Shown here: in pieces, positions 1-12,400 of the stretch | How positions within the stretch are numbered: the stretch's first letter is position 1 | Layout: each line of letters starts with the position of its first letter | DNA from: Raillietiella orientalis | Lineage: Eukaryota | Direction of reading: 5' to 3' | Assembly (NCBI GenBank): GCA_036172245.1 | Contig: JAYWIR010000010.1 | Location: forward strand, 1,240,001-1,304,000 | Length of the DNA: 64,000 nt | Notes under the pieces: generated by a model | The model's input: the letters and a program-made list of their open reading frames with translations, nothing else | Database searches by the model: none | Told to the model about the DNA's origin: nothing | Program-made: the position numbers and the translations under genes

Positions 1-2920
1 GAAAGTACTCCTCAATGCTATTTCCCTTGACTACTTTAGCAAGTCGCTTGGGCCAGACACTGAGTTCTAATTGGGATCAGAGACCAAGGGTATCGTGTTC
101 TTCTTCTCCTCAAGGATCACTGGTGCCGTTTCGCTTCTCACACTTTTGGACGAGTCCCGATGTTATGCCTCCAGGACAAGCTTGCAGATCATTAATCAGA
201 CCACCCTCCAGCCATGGTGAGAAGCAGACAGGAGTCAAGGAGGTCGATGCTCTCTTCTCGCGAATGGGGATTGATGAGGCAAAGGACGTCCGTCGCCGGC
301 TAGAGAAAGGAAAGAAGAAATTTTGTGTTCCTCAGCGAGGATACTATCTCGTCCGCGCAAGTGGCCTTGCTTCTCCCCAATTGGTCTAAGGAGATGATCT
401 TCAACTGGAAGCGAAGGCAGGGCTGCCGATACTTGCTGATCCGGTCCGACGTTTCCATCGAGAAGAAACAACCTTGGTCGACGAGACCGAAGCTTGCACT
501 CCGTCAGCTCATCTCGAAGTCTCCTGTCAGGCGTGGCGGCGGACCGTCGTCTACGGAGCTTCTCTGAGTCCGCCGGCACTTTGATTAACGTTCAAGTAGC
601 CTGCTGAGATGATGGCACCGTCGAGGACGGGATTTCCGATCTTGCACTTTCGCAAGGAGATGCACGTGACCGCGTTTGTTGGCGCGTGGTTCGTACCCTT
701 CTCCAAGGAAAAAAGTGGACGCTTCCGGACCGCGACATGCACACACGCGGGCAGACCTTCCGGGGATAGTAGATGCAATCTCGTTCCTTATGAGTACATC
801 AACACGTCCTTCCTGAGTCTCGTACAGCTGTAGGCGAAGAGCTGAGATCCCAAGGAGTGATCTGGCTCCACAGAGACATTTCGGAACGATTCACAAGTCT
901 CCTGTTTACACCCTGTCATCTTGGGACGTTTGTTCTAGTTCAGTTTGTTTACGCATTGAAAGTCAAAAAATAAAAAATAAAAAAAAGGTCATTCAAACTC
1001 TGTGCCCTTCCGAGGAATGGACTGCAACCTCTTTTATAGTTCAGTGAAGCTACCATCACCTCGAAGGGCTACGGGTACACCCCAAGGTCAGTAAATTGCA
1101 TCCTGTATATTTTTCTCCTCTACAAACCGTCCGATGGTGTAGAATTCAACGCAGCAATGGCGACCAACAAACCTTCTCAACAGGCTCGATTTTCCTAGCG
1201 TACATTTTCCAGTGTGCTTTCCACCTTCGTCGATAAAAAATGGAGTCACTCACTCATGGGCAAGTAACATTCCGTTCTGCAAGGCCCTGGACAACCTCCT
1301 TCAGAATCCCCAAATTTCTTCTCGCGTGTGAGATTCTCGATTGGACCAAAAGGATGAATATCCTACAAGCCCGGGTCCGACCCGAGGAGAGAGTAGGTGC
1401 TCTGCAACCTGCCGGTCGTTCTTTTGCCACAGTGGGCGAGCGTGCGTGTTCTTGTATGCGTTGAAGCAAGGCAAGGAGGTCCTGAGCTTGTCTCTCCGAT
1501 TCCAACCTTTCCAGTCCGAAAAGGTAGGGGGTACCCTGGGAGGGGACCGTGCTACGATTCCAGAAAGGGCTACGGAGAAAAGAGTCCGTTCCTCTCACGC
1601 CTGGGGAAGGGATCCCGAAGGGAGGTCACCTCCACCCTGGTTGCCTCCGAAGAGAATTCCGAAGGAAACCTCCTTCCTTATTCTCTCCTTAAGAACCCTC
1701 CGAAGGGGACTGCACCCTGTCTTCTCCTCTGAAGAGAACCCCGAAGGGACGCTTTCGAAATGTCTCAGAAGGACGCTCCCTGAAGAGAGCTGCGCGCTTC
1801 TCTGCACTCTCTGGAGAGGTACCACACCAGCTCCATGGTACGACACGGAACGTCCCCCGGGAGAAGAGCGGTCCGCCGCTCCTTTGAACAACCGCAGGGG
1901 AACTACCTGCTCCTTGATTCTGCTTTCTAGAAGAACCCGGAGGTCGACTCTCAATCCCGGCCACTCATCGGGGGCATCCGGTTTGAACAGCCACCGGTGC
2001 CGCACCCGAATGAATGCAGGCCGACCGGCGTCATCTCGCGGGAGGAACTCGAACCCACGACGCACCTCGCATCTCTCGGAGTCGATTTCTTTCCGAGTAT
2101 TCGCACTCGAGACTCTTGGTGGTGCAACGAGCGGAGAACGTGACCACATGGCTTCCGGCGCCGACCACGGCAAAAGCCGGGAGGGGCCACCGTCGGTTGG
2201 CCAACCCGCGAGCAGGCAAACAGCGCTAAGCACGAACCCAGCGAACTTCCGAATACTCCGCCTGAATGGCGACGCCAAAGTGTTCACGAGGGCGATCGCT
2301 TTGAAACGAACCTCCGCAAGAACATGGTGGGAGTTGCTTGCATTCCCTCTGGATTCCTCAAGTAGAACTGCTGCTTCGTCAGAGCGGGTGCTCTCCCGGG
2401 ACGGAATGCGGGGATTGAGGGATGCGAATAAATAAGACGGATAACTAGAGATTTGCTGTGGAGGGGAAAGGTGGGTAGCCTGAGCCGCCACGTCCATGTA
2501 ATGGTCCGCAGTTTCCCCCTCCCCCCTGGAGTTCCGGATGGTGCTACCTCGTCACTGCCCTCGTAGAAAGAGGAGAGGGAGGAAGGGCACAGCGTTTCTG
2601 TTCCCTCCCTATCCATCCCGCGACGCGACTGTGTGTCGTGCATGCTAAAACCGCAGTCCTGCGTGAGGGTGGTCCAGTGTGGTCCCGTAAGGTTGCGAAT
2701 GTCCTCCAGTTGCTTGCAAGATGAACGATTGTAGCTGGTGCGATGGTAAGGGATCATGCGATCTCCCTGGATCAGCGGGACGTGCAGCATTTTCGTCGTG
2801 ACTGCAGTTCTCCCCCCACTTATGACTGGTCTTCCACGCTCATGAGGAAAACAAGGTCTCTCTCGAGCCGAAACTCGGCATCTGGCTCTGCCTAGGACGC
2901 TACGGACTCCCACCGTCAAC
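1..2920 (-). mobile_element. Degenerate non-LTR retrotransposon 5' half (ORF1-like region plus APE endonuclease remnant), L1/Tx1-like
   Basis: Minus-strand translations across frameshifts give APE-like motifs in the correct order: GRVDVLIRNEI (~GGVAILI, ~800), SPEG..NHAPTN (~DPEGR..NVYAPTN, ~690-760), IISAGYLNV (~ILGGDFN, ~600), EDHLL (~SDH, ~395). A GC-rich ORF1-like region lies at ~1600-2920. Motif matching was by eye only and the boundaries are approximate. Confidence 0.5.
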
Positions 2921-3239
2921 CCTCAACCGACCTCTGGGTGCATCCGTCCAAGTGGCGTAGTGCTTGGTCACCTCACCCCACTCCCAGTCGGGGGGCGATG
3001 CGCGACGCAGTCCAGCTGCAGATGCAGGGATTCGTCAGAGAATCGAAACAGAGCAAGAATGCGTCCGGCTACTGGTGCTTCGACTGGAGTACTTGGCTGT
3101 AGGGTATCAGGTGACCTACGCCATTTTGTTTTTGTTTTTTGTTATGCCTTGCTTTTTTCAAAAAAAAAAAAAAAAAAAGACAGGTTTGCTGCCTTCAACT
3201 GAATGCTGGAACCTACTCTCTCTTTTGCAGTGGCGGTCA

Positions 3240-5765
3240 CACCCTGCAGAGATCTTGCGCACCACCGGCTCTGTCTGGCTTCCGGATGAATGCCTCCCCT
3301 CCAGGTCTGCATGCTTCTTCCTGCTGATCAGATCAACCCGGCGCTTTTTCTGCACTGGCGCACCTTCCTCTGCGGAGGCATCATGCGTTCTTCACTTCAT
3401 CTGATAGCGATGACCATGAAATCTTCAAGATCCCATCCATGGCAAAATAGTAATGATGATAATAATAATGACTGCTTCATAAGCTGTGCTAAGCGGTCAC
3501 ACGCTGACGGGCACCTTCCTTTCCGGTCACATCTTCGATCGGAAACGACGCCGTGCAACTTCGAGCAGCAGGAACAGGTATCGAATTGCTGCTCCCCCCT
3601 TGTTATGCAGCGCGCGCATAAGGCACGTCCCCTCTTTCCTTGAAATAATGATGATAATGAAACAGTAATCATCGTCTCATTTCCGTCGTGGTGATCGCTG
3701 CATTATTCCTGACGCATGCAGTCTACAGACACCGATGAAATCTCAAGTTTTATCTACTTATTCAGTGTTACTTCGTCATGTGTTATTTACTCCGATAAAA
3801 GTCGGCAGGGCAGTCTGAAACCAATCACATGCCACCAACATGTGCATTTGCTTCCAAGGTTTCTCTTCCAGGGCATCGGTGTTGGATGGTATGGAGCTAC
3901 GTGGAAAAGAAAAGAAACAGGAGATGGAAGAGAAGAAAAAAAAAAAAAATTTTTTTCTCACTGCTGCAATTGGTCTACCCCGTCCCATTTTGAGCAAAGG
4001 TGCTCATAGCCGGCCACCACGGTCTCGTACGCAGTGGTGACCTCCTAAAGAAATGGGCTGCATTCCCCCTCCCTTTGGACCCATGGTGGTCCTCCGGATC
4101 AACGAAGTCGTTCGGAAGCTTGCTCGAGCTTGGACTGCTCGTGATTCCGAGGAGCATCTCCAGATGTTTCTCGAAATCACTGAAATCGCTTTGTTCTTGG
4201 TGGCCGCCCCCTTCTTTGAAAAACTGTACGTTCGCGCGCGCTGTTCTGTGCACTGTGGCACGGGATTGACTGCCAGCTTACCCCAACTCAGCTTACCTCT
4301 GAGAAGCCGTGAGCACAAAACTCGGATGGAGGAATTTTTAACTGCTGCCGGATATGCCGATCGAGGCCTCACCTTACCATCCATCCGATGCTCAGCGCTG
4401 AGGATGTACACTCCGAGCGCTGCGAAGCGAAACCTCGCGCGTACACGCACATCTGTACAAACGCATATAAGAAGACATTTGAAAATTCGTAAACTGAATG
4501 CCCCTGGCCATCTCTCCTTGTTGTATGTTCTAAGCACAGGTGTTCTGATTCTCGCCGTGCAACGCCTTTATCAAGTTGAAGGCATTTGGTACCTACCGCT
4601 CTGCGTCACTCCTTGTTCTTGCGGCTCTGCGAAAGACGTTCCGTTTGTGTCTCGCTCCTCTTTTCCATGGAAACTGCCAGCTTCGCGGGCTCGCTCAAAT
4701 GCTTATGATACAAAATGGATCTTTATGTATTCCACGCATGAATAATTCGCAGATTTCCCCCACGTGATCATGAATACTTCGTGGCAGTTTGTTTCTACTC
4801 TTTTTTCATGGACTTCAGCGCTCTGACACACCTGTCATTTTATGAAGACTGAAACCAGGCTGAAACCTCCTGTAGTGATACGTGCGTGGTACCTTAAAAT
4901 CAGCATTCCACCTGGAAAAATTTTTTCTTTTTTTTATGAGAATTTTTCCGATGTGCCGTGTTCCCTTCGTCCAAGTTCTCTATCTCAGGACCGAGGACGT
5001 GGAACCAGGACTCGCTGCTGTTGTTACACTGGGGATTCCAGTGCAATCAGCGCCGAAGCCTCCGGGGGAGCTGCCTCCCCGAACTGCTCGAGGTGCGGGA
5101 CGATCCAATCGTCCATGCATCTTTTGCTCGGCTGGGGCGTCCTGTGGCGCGAACTGGGGCGGAGGCTGGCTTCAGCCGTCCCGCTCCAGGGGGACACCGC
5201 GAAGGACCTTTTTTTCATGCGCAACGGGCTTTCAAGTGGCGCGGTAGTCTCAGCAGTCATTAGCGCCATTGCATCGGCCCGCCGCGCCATGGAGACGAGA
5301 GCGCAGCGACGGGAGGTCCACTGTTTGGCAGCTGCCTACATGAGGACGGCTTTAAGGTGGACTCACCTAAAAGAACAAGCAAAAAAGGAGATTGTCGGCC
5401 TCCACAGCCGGTTGACGGACAGCTAAGAACGGCGGACCCCGGTGAACCTTGCCACCTCTTACCCTTTTTTTTTTTTTTTTTACAATCCTCCATCCCCGTT
5501 TGCTGCACAACTTTCCCGGTGTTTTTGTTTTTATCCTGGCGCCTCCCGGAGCGAACTCAGAGATCCCTGTCCCATCCCACCGCATTTCGCTGTTTTTGTT
5601 GTTGTTTTCCCCCCGATCCCCTGTCCCGTTCCGAACTTCCGTTGTCCCGTCCTGCGTGCCGGTGGACCCTCCCCCTTGCTTGTTTTGTCGTTGGTTAGGA
5701 ACTTTGTTCCCAACTGGTTTATTTTTTATAAAATAAACGCTCCAGCGAGACCGGATGAGAAAGCT
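3240..5765 (+). mobile_element. Degenerate LINE ORF2 3' half (reverse transcriptase remnant, C-terminal zinc-binding region, 3' UTR), L1/Tx1-like
   Basis: RT-like motifs in order: DQINPALFLHWRTFLCGGIMRSS (~3330), YRIAAPPLLCSAR (~WRPISLLC.DYK, ~3580), ARAWTARDSEEHLQMFLE (~KAFDRVSHEYL), KLYVRARCSVHCGTGLTASLP (~LLY...V.VNG.LT..F), EEFL...RGLTLP. C-terminal SPNCSRCGTIQSSMHLLL (CxxC..ET..H) at ~5075-5130, stop at 5426, AATAAA at 5732. Many frameshifts and interruptions. Confidence 0.65.
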
Positions 5766-7056
5766 CAGGACTGAATGGTGTTGATCTGGAAAATCCTGTG
5801 GAGACTTCCACGAAATACTCTGGGAAACTCATTTCCGTGCAGAAGAGAGTATCGACATCGATAGAGACATGAGAATTCTCGTTGGAAAAGCTGGAAGTCG
5901 TCATCTTCGTTGCTTCTGGAAGAACCGGGGTGGTTGGGGTGAGAGGAGCTCAAACACGAAAGGAACATCAGATTTTCAAAGTGAACAAACGCAGCTTTTG
6001 GAGGCCAGACAAAGTCACCATATCGGCCGGAACGGGCGCGCCGTAGGCAGGTAGATGTGGAATTCTGTAGGATTGAAAAATCTAGTTTTTTCACACTACA
6101 GTCTTTAGAGAGACCTCAGAGCACCTAATGTTCCAATGATCGCTACGTCCTTTCTGTGGAGCGCTGCTTTGGCGGAGGCATCGGAGCATTCTCTGATGCA
6201 GGTTGTTTTGAGCTCTTCCCGCCAACACCTTGCCCGCAATTCCCGTATGGTGCCTTTCCTCCGGAGAATTCTCAATGCCGCGCGTTCCACATTCCAAGTC
6301 GCAGATTAAGAAAATCCCTGGAAAACCACGTGCTCGATGGCACTTTTTATGGAAAATTCAAGTTTCCCACTACGGTGAACACGGTCACAGTACTCTTTCC
6401 ATGCAAGCATGTTGCCCCAGAAACTCGACCCGGCAAGCACTGTGGTAGCTGTTGACAACGGCAGTCCATTCGTTCACATGGTTTCCGGGGGAGTTGCCTC
6501 CCCGAACTGTGGACGCTCCCTCACCCGCTCTTCGACTGCGGTGCCTCCAAGGACTGTGGCGGAGGCTGGCTGCAGCTCTCCTGCCCCAGGGGGACACTGC
6601 AAAGATTCTGATGCGCCGCTTCTTCACGCCAGGCCGTCTGTCGTTAGGTGAGGTCGTCGCAACGATCTGTTGCATCCGCGCCGTCGTCACGGCCCGCCAC
6701 CAGCTGGAGTCGCAAGTGATTTTCCGAGAGGTCACCGTAATAGCCGACGACAAGATGACGTCGGCTGCCAGGTGGCCTCATCTATCAGAAGAAGTGAGGA
6801 AGACCTCCGGCATCCAACGCCGGTTCTGAAAGGAAGGAACGACCGAAGCCAAACACCCCTGTCCCAAATCCCCCTCATATTTTTATTTGTATTTTTTATA
6901 TATTTATTGATAGTCCCCTCCCTCCCGTTCCGGACTTTCGGTGTTACCGACCTGCGTGTCGGGGAGCCCTCCCTTCGATCTTCTGTACCCTTTGTCTGGG
7001 AACTTTGTTCCCAGATAGTTTTTAAATAAACGCCCCGGGGCACCCGGGTGAAAAGC
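5766..7056 (+). mobile_element. Second, 5'-truncated copy of the same LINE family, directly in tandem
   Basis: Clear paralogy to 5035-5765: TCCGGGGGAG(C/T)TGCCTCCCCGAACTG, GGCGGAGGCTGGCT, CCAGGGGGACAC; protein PQGDTAK..RWPHL vs LQGDTAK..RWTHL; shared 3' UTR GGAACTTTGTTCCCA...AATAAACGC. Upstream KYSG..LEKLE and LRAPNVP resemble post-RT motifs. Confidence 0.65.
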
Positions 7057-7655
7057 AGTCCATCAGAAGAGCTGATGGGATTCAGATTGAGCAACTGTGC
7101 ACAAGAGCACAGCCGCAAATGCCGACCGGCCAACGAAAAGAGAACCTGAGGGAGGGTTGCGAAAAGAGGAATTCTCAGCCACCCCATCTACAGACTCCGT
7201 CGCAAGCTCGAGGCTCACTCGTTAAAGCGTTTCTTAGCGCGGGAGCCTATTTTTTGCGGCACGCAAAAAGCAGGCACTCAAAATACATCCATTTTCCATC
7301 AAATCTGCTTCAAGGCTTTACGAGAAGCGGACTCGCCTGAACAGCGTATTTACCTCGACACTTCAAGGGTTAATGATAGATGCGGAAAACAAGAGTGAGA
7401 AAGGGAGGGGGGGGGGGATGAGAACCGGACATATCTTTGCGTGGAACCGTTTGCCCTCTGTGATCGAAGTTTTCTTGACGAACTGGTACCATTACTGATT
7501 CCAGGTTCATGGGCCCCAGTCTCCACTTCCTCATGACTGGAAAGAGCTGCATGCTGGGTCCTAACAGCAGAATCCATGACTGACACGGATTTCGGTCTAT
7601 GTCTCATTCTCAACAAGTGATCGTCTCAGCAGCGGAAAGCCCCACTGCCATCTGC

Positions 7656-7694
7656 TGATGAAAATTAAGCTTCCATGGAGCTTAATTTTCATCA
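7656..7694. repeat. Perfect 16-bp inverted repeat (hairpin)
   Basis: TGATGAAAATTAAGCT-tccatgg-AGCTTAATTTTCATCA; the arms are exact reverse complements. Confidence 0.9.
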
Positions 7695-9134
7695 CTGTGT
7701 CCCTCTTTCCCTCTCTGCTCTTTCGCGTGGAGAAAATGGAAAGCTGCTGCGGAGCATGACTCGGTGAAATTTGCAACACAAAATAAGCCCCGTTTAACGC
7801 GAAGAATGCGTTCCGTGTTATAGGGCTCCTATTGGGTAACGCGACAGTATTTACAAAAGATACAAAATATATCTCAAGACGTCATACGTTTAAGCATTCG
7901 CTTCAATCTTATATCGGTAGATTATTTATTACTTAAGTTCAAAACAAAAGAAAAAAACTCAAAGGTATCCATTATTCAACTTGAAATGGACAGAAGGCTT
8001 TCGAGTTTTGTTGATTCAGTGAACCAATCTAAAGAATTCCATCGTTTCAGCTCTATCCGTCTCGTTGTGGAAAAACGTGTCGTGCACTACTCTATTTACG
8101 GAAAGTTCGAATTACGTACAATTCAACCTACTTATCCCAGAGTTGGGCGCTCTTCAAAGGCAGCCCAACTGGCAGAGTTCCCGAAATGTACCTACGAGAC
8201 GTTCGGTGTTCGCGTGAGGAGGGGATCAACCGCACTCTTCTTCTGTTTACTCAAACGGGAGCAAACATACATGGGTGTCAGCAATTTCTCTGGGATACGT
8301 ACGCATACATCTATTTAGCAAACACATTCTCGAGCGTAGCTTATAATTCCGATCTGGAAGGATCATGGAACATCAACAGGAGCACACGAAGCTTTAACGT
8401 GGAAAACCTTCCGTACCCTATCATTTGCGCGATGATGATGGCCTTTCAGTACGCCGTCATTTTTGCATGTTGCACAGTTTAGCAGAAAAATTGGACACCT
8501 CGAGTCGAAGCAAGTTGAGGAAGCTTTCCGTGTACACGCGTGGTGAGAATACGAAAATCAAACATGCCCCCCTTTCCCCCCATCCTTCCCTCCCCCAGTC
8601 CAGTAGCAAGGAATCGCGGATCCCCAGTCGCTGCCCAGTGGTTTCCGGTTCGGCGTGGGTTACCAGATTTCGGAAATGATGGGGAATGGAACGGTCATTT
8701 TCCCCTTATCGTTTGATTTGTCGAGCGTTTCCGTCAGTTCACTTTAAGGAGTATTTATAAGCGTAAAAAAAAAAAACTGAATTCACAACTCATATAAAGT
8801 AAGCATTCTGAAACGTAGCGTCAATTCACAGCTTCATGTAGAACGACTACCCATTTATTTATTTATTTTCATATTAAAATGGCATTCACTTGTTTTCATG
8901 ATTCAGAGTACATAAATATTTCGGCGTGAAAGAATATTCAGAGTATGTTCAGACCAGTTCATACATGTATATGTGTACTCCTTCACGCCTGAAGTACTCT
9001 AAATTACGAAAATAATTATCATTTTAATATTAAGAAATTAAACATATACACATACACTGAAGTATATATATACATATGTATATAATTTTCTCTGAAGGAG
9101 CGGTTGGCCGTAGGAGTGTGTATAGATGTACATA

Positions 9135-9430
9135 TTAACGAAAAGTAGACCTATTTGCATTAATGATGAATATATATGTAATGTATATATAATTGCACAC
9201 ATATATAATAAATAGTATACATAACGTATATTATACATATTTTCATATATATCCTTTAATTCAAAGGAGCCGTTAGTTGATATATATATATATATATATA
9301 TGTATATGTATACAGCAACTAACGGCTTCTTGACGCCGGATTCCATTTGTTTTAATAGATCTCTGACTTCTGGTTTCAATCATCTCCCAAACTCCCTTCA
9401 AATAATGCAGATAGATCTGCTTTTCGTTAA
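9135..9430. mobile_element. MITE/foldback-like element with nested inverted repeats around a (TA)n core
   Basis: Outer arms 9135-9162 and 9403-9430 match at 25/28 as reverse complements (TTAA at both outer ends). Inner arms 9261-9279 and 9316-9333 (GCCGTTAGTTG/CAACTAACGGC) flank a TA microsatellite. Confidence 0.5.
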
Positions 9431-12400
9431 CTCTGCTTATGAGGCTAATATATTTCTTCCCTTGTTCCACCTCATAGTTATCAAACTAAAAACACACTCT
9501 TGTTGCACATGAGTATCGAAGCTGTTAATTAATTACTTTGAGTGAAAAATATCACTGGGTTCAGTACAATCACTTAATCCCCATCCATCTATGATCAAAT
9601 TTGTCAAATGTGAACGATCAGCATAGAATAATGGCACGTACTTGACATGGAATATTTTGAGCATATTAAATGAAAACTACATACTATAGGGGATATATGA
9701 AAGATCAGTTAACGTTGGAAATTTCAAGAACATGCATTCTTTTTTGTAGAAAAAAAAAAAGGAAAAAAAGAGCCGCCTTGCCACCTAATCTTCGAATCGC
9801 TTACTATTTCGTTTGGCTCGAAGGTGTTGCCTAATCCCGAAGGAGGCAATTTTCGAGTGAAGGATTGTGGTAGCACTGGTGTCCATTTACAGGCTTCTAC
9901 TCGTGCAGTCCTGCCGCACGCATGCGTGCATTGCCGAAATATTCACGGGCGTTACATATCCAAGTAGCTACATTCCAGCCTGCACTGTTTCACAATTCTG
10001 GGAACATTGAGGGAATATCTGAACACGTGAACATCGTTACGGTCATACGATAAGGAAAAGGTACTTTCACTGTAATCTCACACAATGGACTCTTACACAC
10101 TCGAGTGTCTTGCACATACTTGAGCAACGTAATACTTCGTAGTGTGGAATTGGTTTCTGGTTGGGGCTGAGGTTTGCAGGCCACACTTTTTCATGTCCCC
10201 GTGGCAATTCCGTGGCAGAAGTAGCCCTTTCAAAGAACCATGAGGCAAAGGCAACAACATATCCTTGAGATTTGTTTAGCTGCAAACCACCGGTAAAACG
10301 GAACCCGGGAAGCCGATGAGAAATGAGCAGAGCATTATGCGGAGGGAAGATTACATAATCCCGGCTTGCCATACAGAACCTATGAGAAAAGGGCCGGTTA
10401 GAGAAAATAGCAAAGGAGGGAATAACGTGCCGATTCGTGTAGCAAACGGCGACCACATGTTTCTGTCCGATGGGTAAGAGCGCGCAAGGAGTGGACAAAG
10501 AACTCGACGGTGCATCATGGCCTCCTCGAATCGTGTGGCCGAAACGGAAATGCACCACCACACTTGGTTCGAGCCGAAAGCGGCTTGTGGGTCATCAAAT
10601 CATGATGTATTGCCTAGAGCAAACACTAGTGCTCTCACCACACACACACAAAAAAAAAGGAAGTTCAGCGTCGAGGAAAGGAGAGTTTCACCGCGAAATT
10701 TCATTCAGAAATTTATTTTCTGCAGCTTGAGGCTTCATGTATGGTCTGTACGGTTGACTGACTGACCCGAGATATCATCGATTCATGAAAAAGGGTGATG
10801 ATCTTTTTATTGAAAATAATTCGCATAAACAAAGCTGGCTTCGTTCCACAAGAGCTTTGTGTGTTTATTAAAGGATGTAATACACATTACCATTTGTTCT
10901 CTCTGTGTATTGATTATAGCATTTCCGTGAAAGCATTAAGATTGTCTAGGGTCGATTAATGAGCTTTGGCTTGTGAATTTTGTTAATCCACACATCTCAC
11001 TTTACTCCTTTTATCTTAAAACAGTCTCTAAACTTTCCGTTTGCTAGGAGTGGTTATTCATTTCTTGTGATTACAGCTTTGTATGTAGGAATTAACGTTT
11101 TTTTTTTTTTTTCTTTCTCCAATGAAACTTTCGAGCTCCGTGCTATGGAATCTAACTTCTTTTTTAAAATTTTTCTTTTGACCAGAATAATCATAATAGA
11201 CTGCACCTTGGAAAACGCACGTGTGATAACAGTCGCCATGTTCTCCGAGGTTTCAGATGTGCTGTGGTTGTACTGCAACTGTTTTATGACCGGGAGATCA
11301 TAATAGTCACGAATGCTTCAAAATTTGGGAAAAATTTTGGTTAAGCAATCCATAGATCAGGAAATACTTATTTTGGAGCAAGGTCATACTTGTGAGTATG
11401 ATTCATGGTGCCGCCATACTTACAATTGTAGTTACATACTTTGAGTCACACATTAGAGAATCAGACTATCTATAATCAAAGGAAACAGAATCCTTAAATT
11501 ACACAATTCATTGCGATAAATGTGTTGATTAGAAAATATCTTGGCGAGCATTCCGAACACATCGAACTAAAGAAATTCGTGAGGTGTTTTGCTGAACTTT
11601 CAACTTTTGATGTCTTGCTTTTACTTCAGTATATCGAATCCGATGGACATGAGTATTTTTTTTAATAAGCCACACTATGAGAAACTATTGCCAGGCTTTT
11701 GAAAAATTATAGTGTTTATCCTGTCTCGTTGCATAATATTTTGATTTTATGAGTTTTTGATTTCTACATGTCATGTTATTGTAAAATAATTAATTTTTGA
11801 GGATTCTCAGATTCCTTTTTTTTTTTGTACTTGACAAGGTTTTTTGTATTAAGAGACTTAGATAAGTTTGCTTGTTCATTGTGACAACGTTTCACAGATG
11901 AGTCTTAATCGACGTGGCAACATCAAAGGTCCCTTTTGTTTTTTTTTTTTTTTGGAAATTTCTCTGATTAGAGCTGTTGATACTTATTACATCTCAGCTA
12001 GAAAATTCTTGGTTTCAGTACAGGAGGAAACATAAACTGTTGGTTTTTTGTAATGTAGTACAAGTAAGGAACCAAATCTCTAGTATCCATTCATGGGAGC
12101 TTTCTAAGCAAGGACAAACTAGGACAAATTCTTCGAAAGTGAAGTTTCCAAGTACTGAGGATTCGAGATTTGGCATTTCATTTCTTGGAATGAATACAAT
12201 TGCGACTCCAAAAATCTAAGAATGTGAAGGGAAGGCGGGAGCCGAGAACATGGAAGAACCAGGAAGGAAAAGAGGAAAATACGCTTGAATGCTAACAAAA
12301 TAAATGAATGGAAAAATTTCAGTGAGTAACATATACAGGTACTGAGCCAGAAATTATTATGCCGCATTGGAAATGTTAGAAAACCAAAATGGTAGATTAC

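Noticed and set aside
1341..2435. 364-aa plus-strand ORF, the longest in the track
   Set aside because: Low-complexity R/S/P-rich translation lying antisense to the LINE ORF1-like region; no recognisable domain.
7655..7700. CTGATGA as a hammerhead ribozyme core or C-box
   Set aside because: The stem is followed by TCATCA rather than GAAA, and no suitably placed D box or terminal stem was seen; it is simply one arm of the inverted repeat.
7986..8482. Overlapping 110-aa and 98-aa ORFs with GANIHGC resembling a MULE transposase motif
   Set aside because: A single short motif without the FH or DDE context; insufficient support.
11360..11445. Four ATACTT repeats and a small hairpin reminiscent of the U1 snRNA 5' end
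   Set aside because: No ATACTTACCTG and no downstream U1 stem-loops or Sm site.
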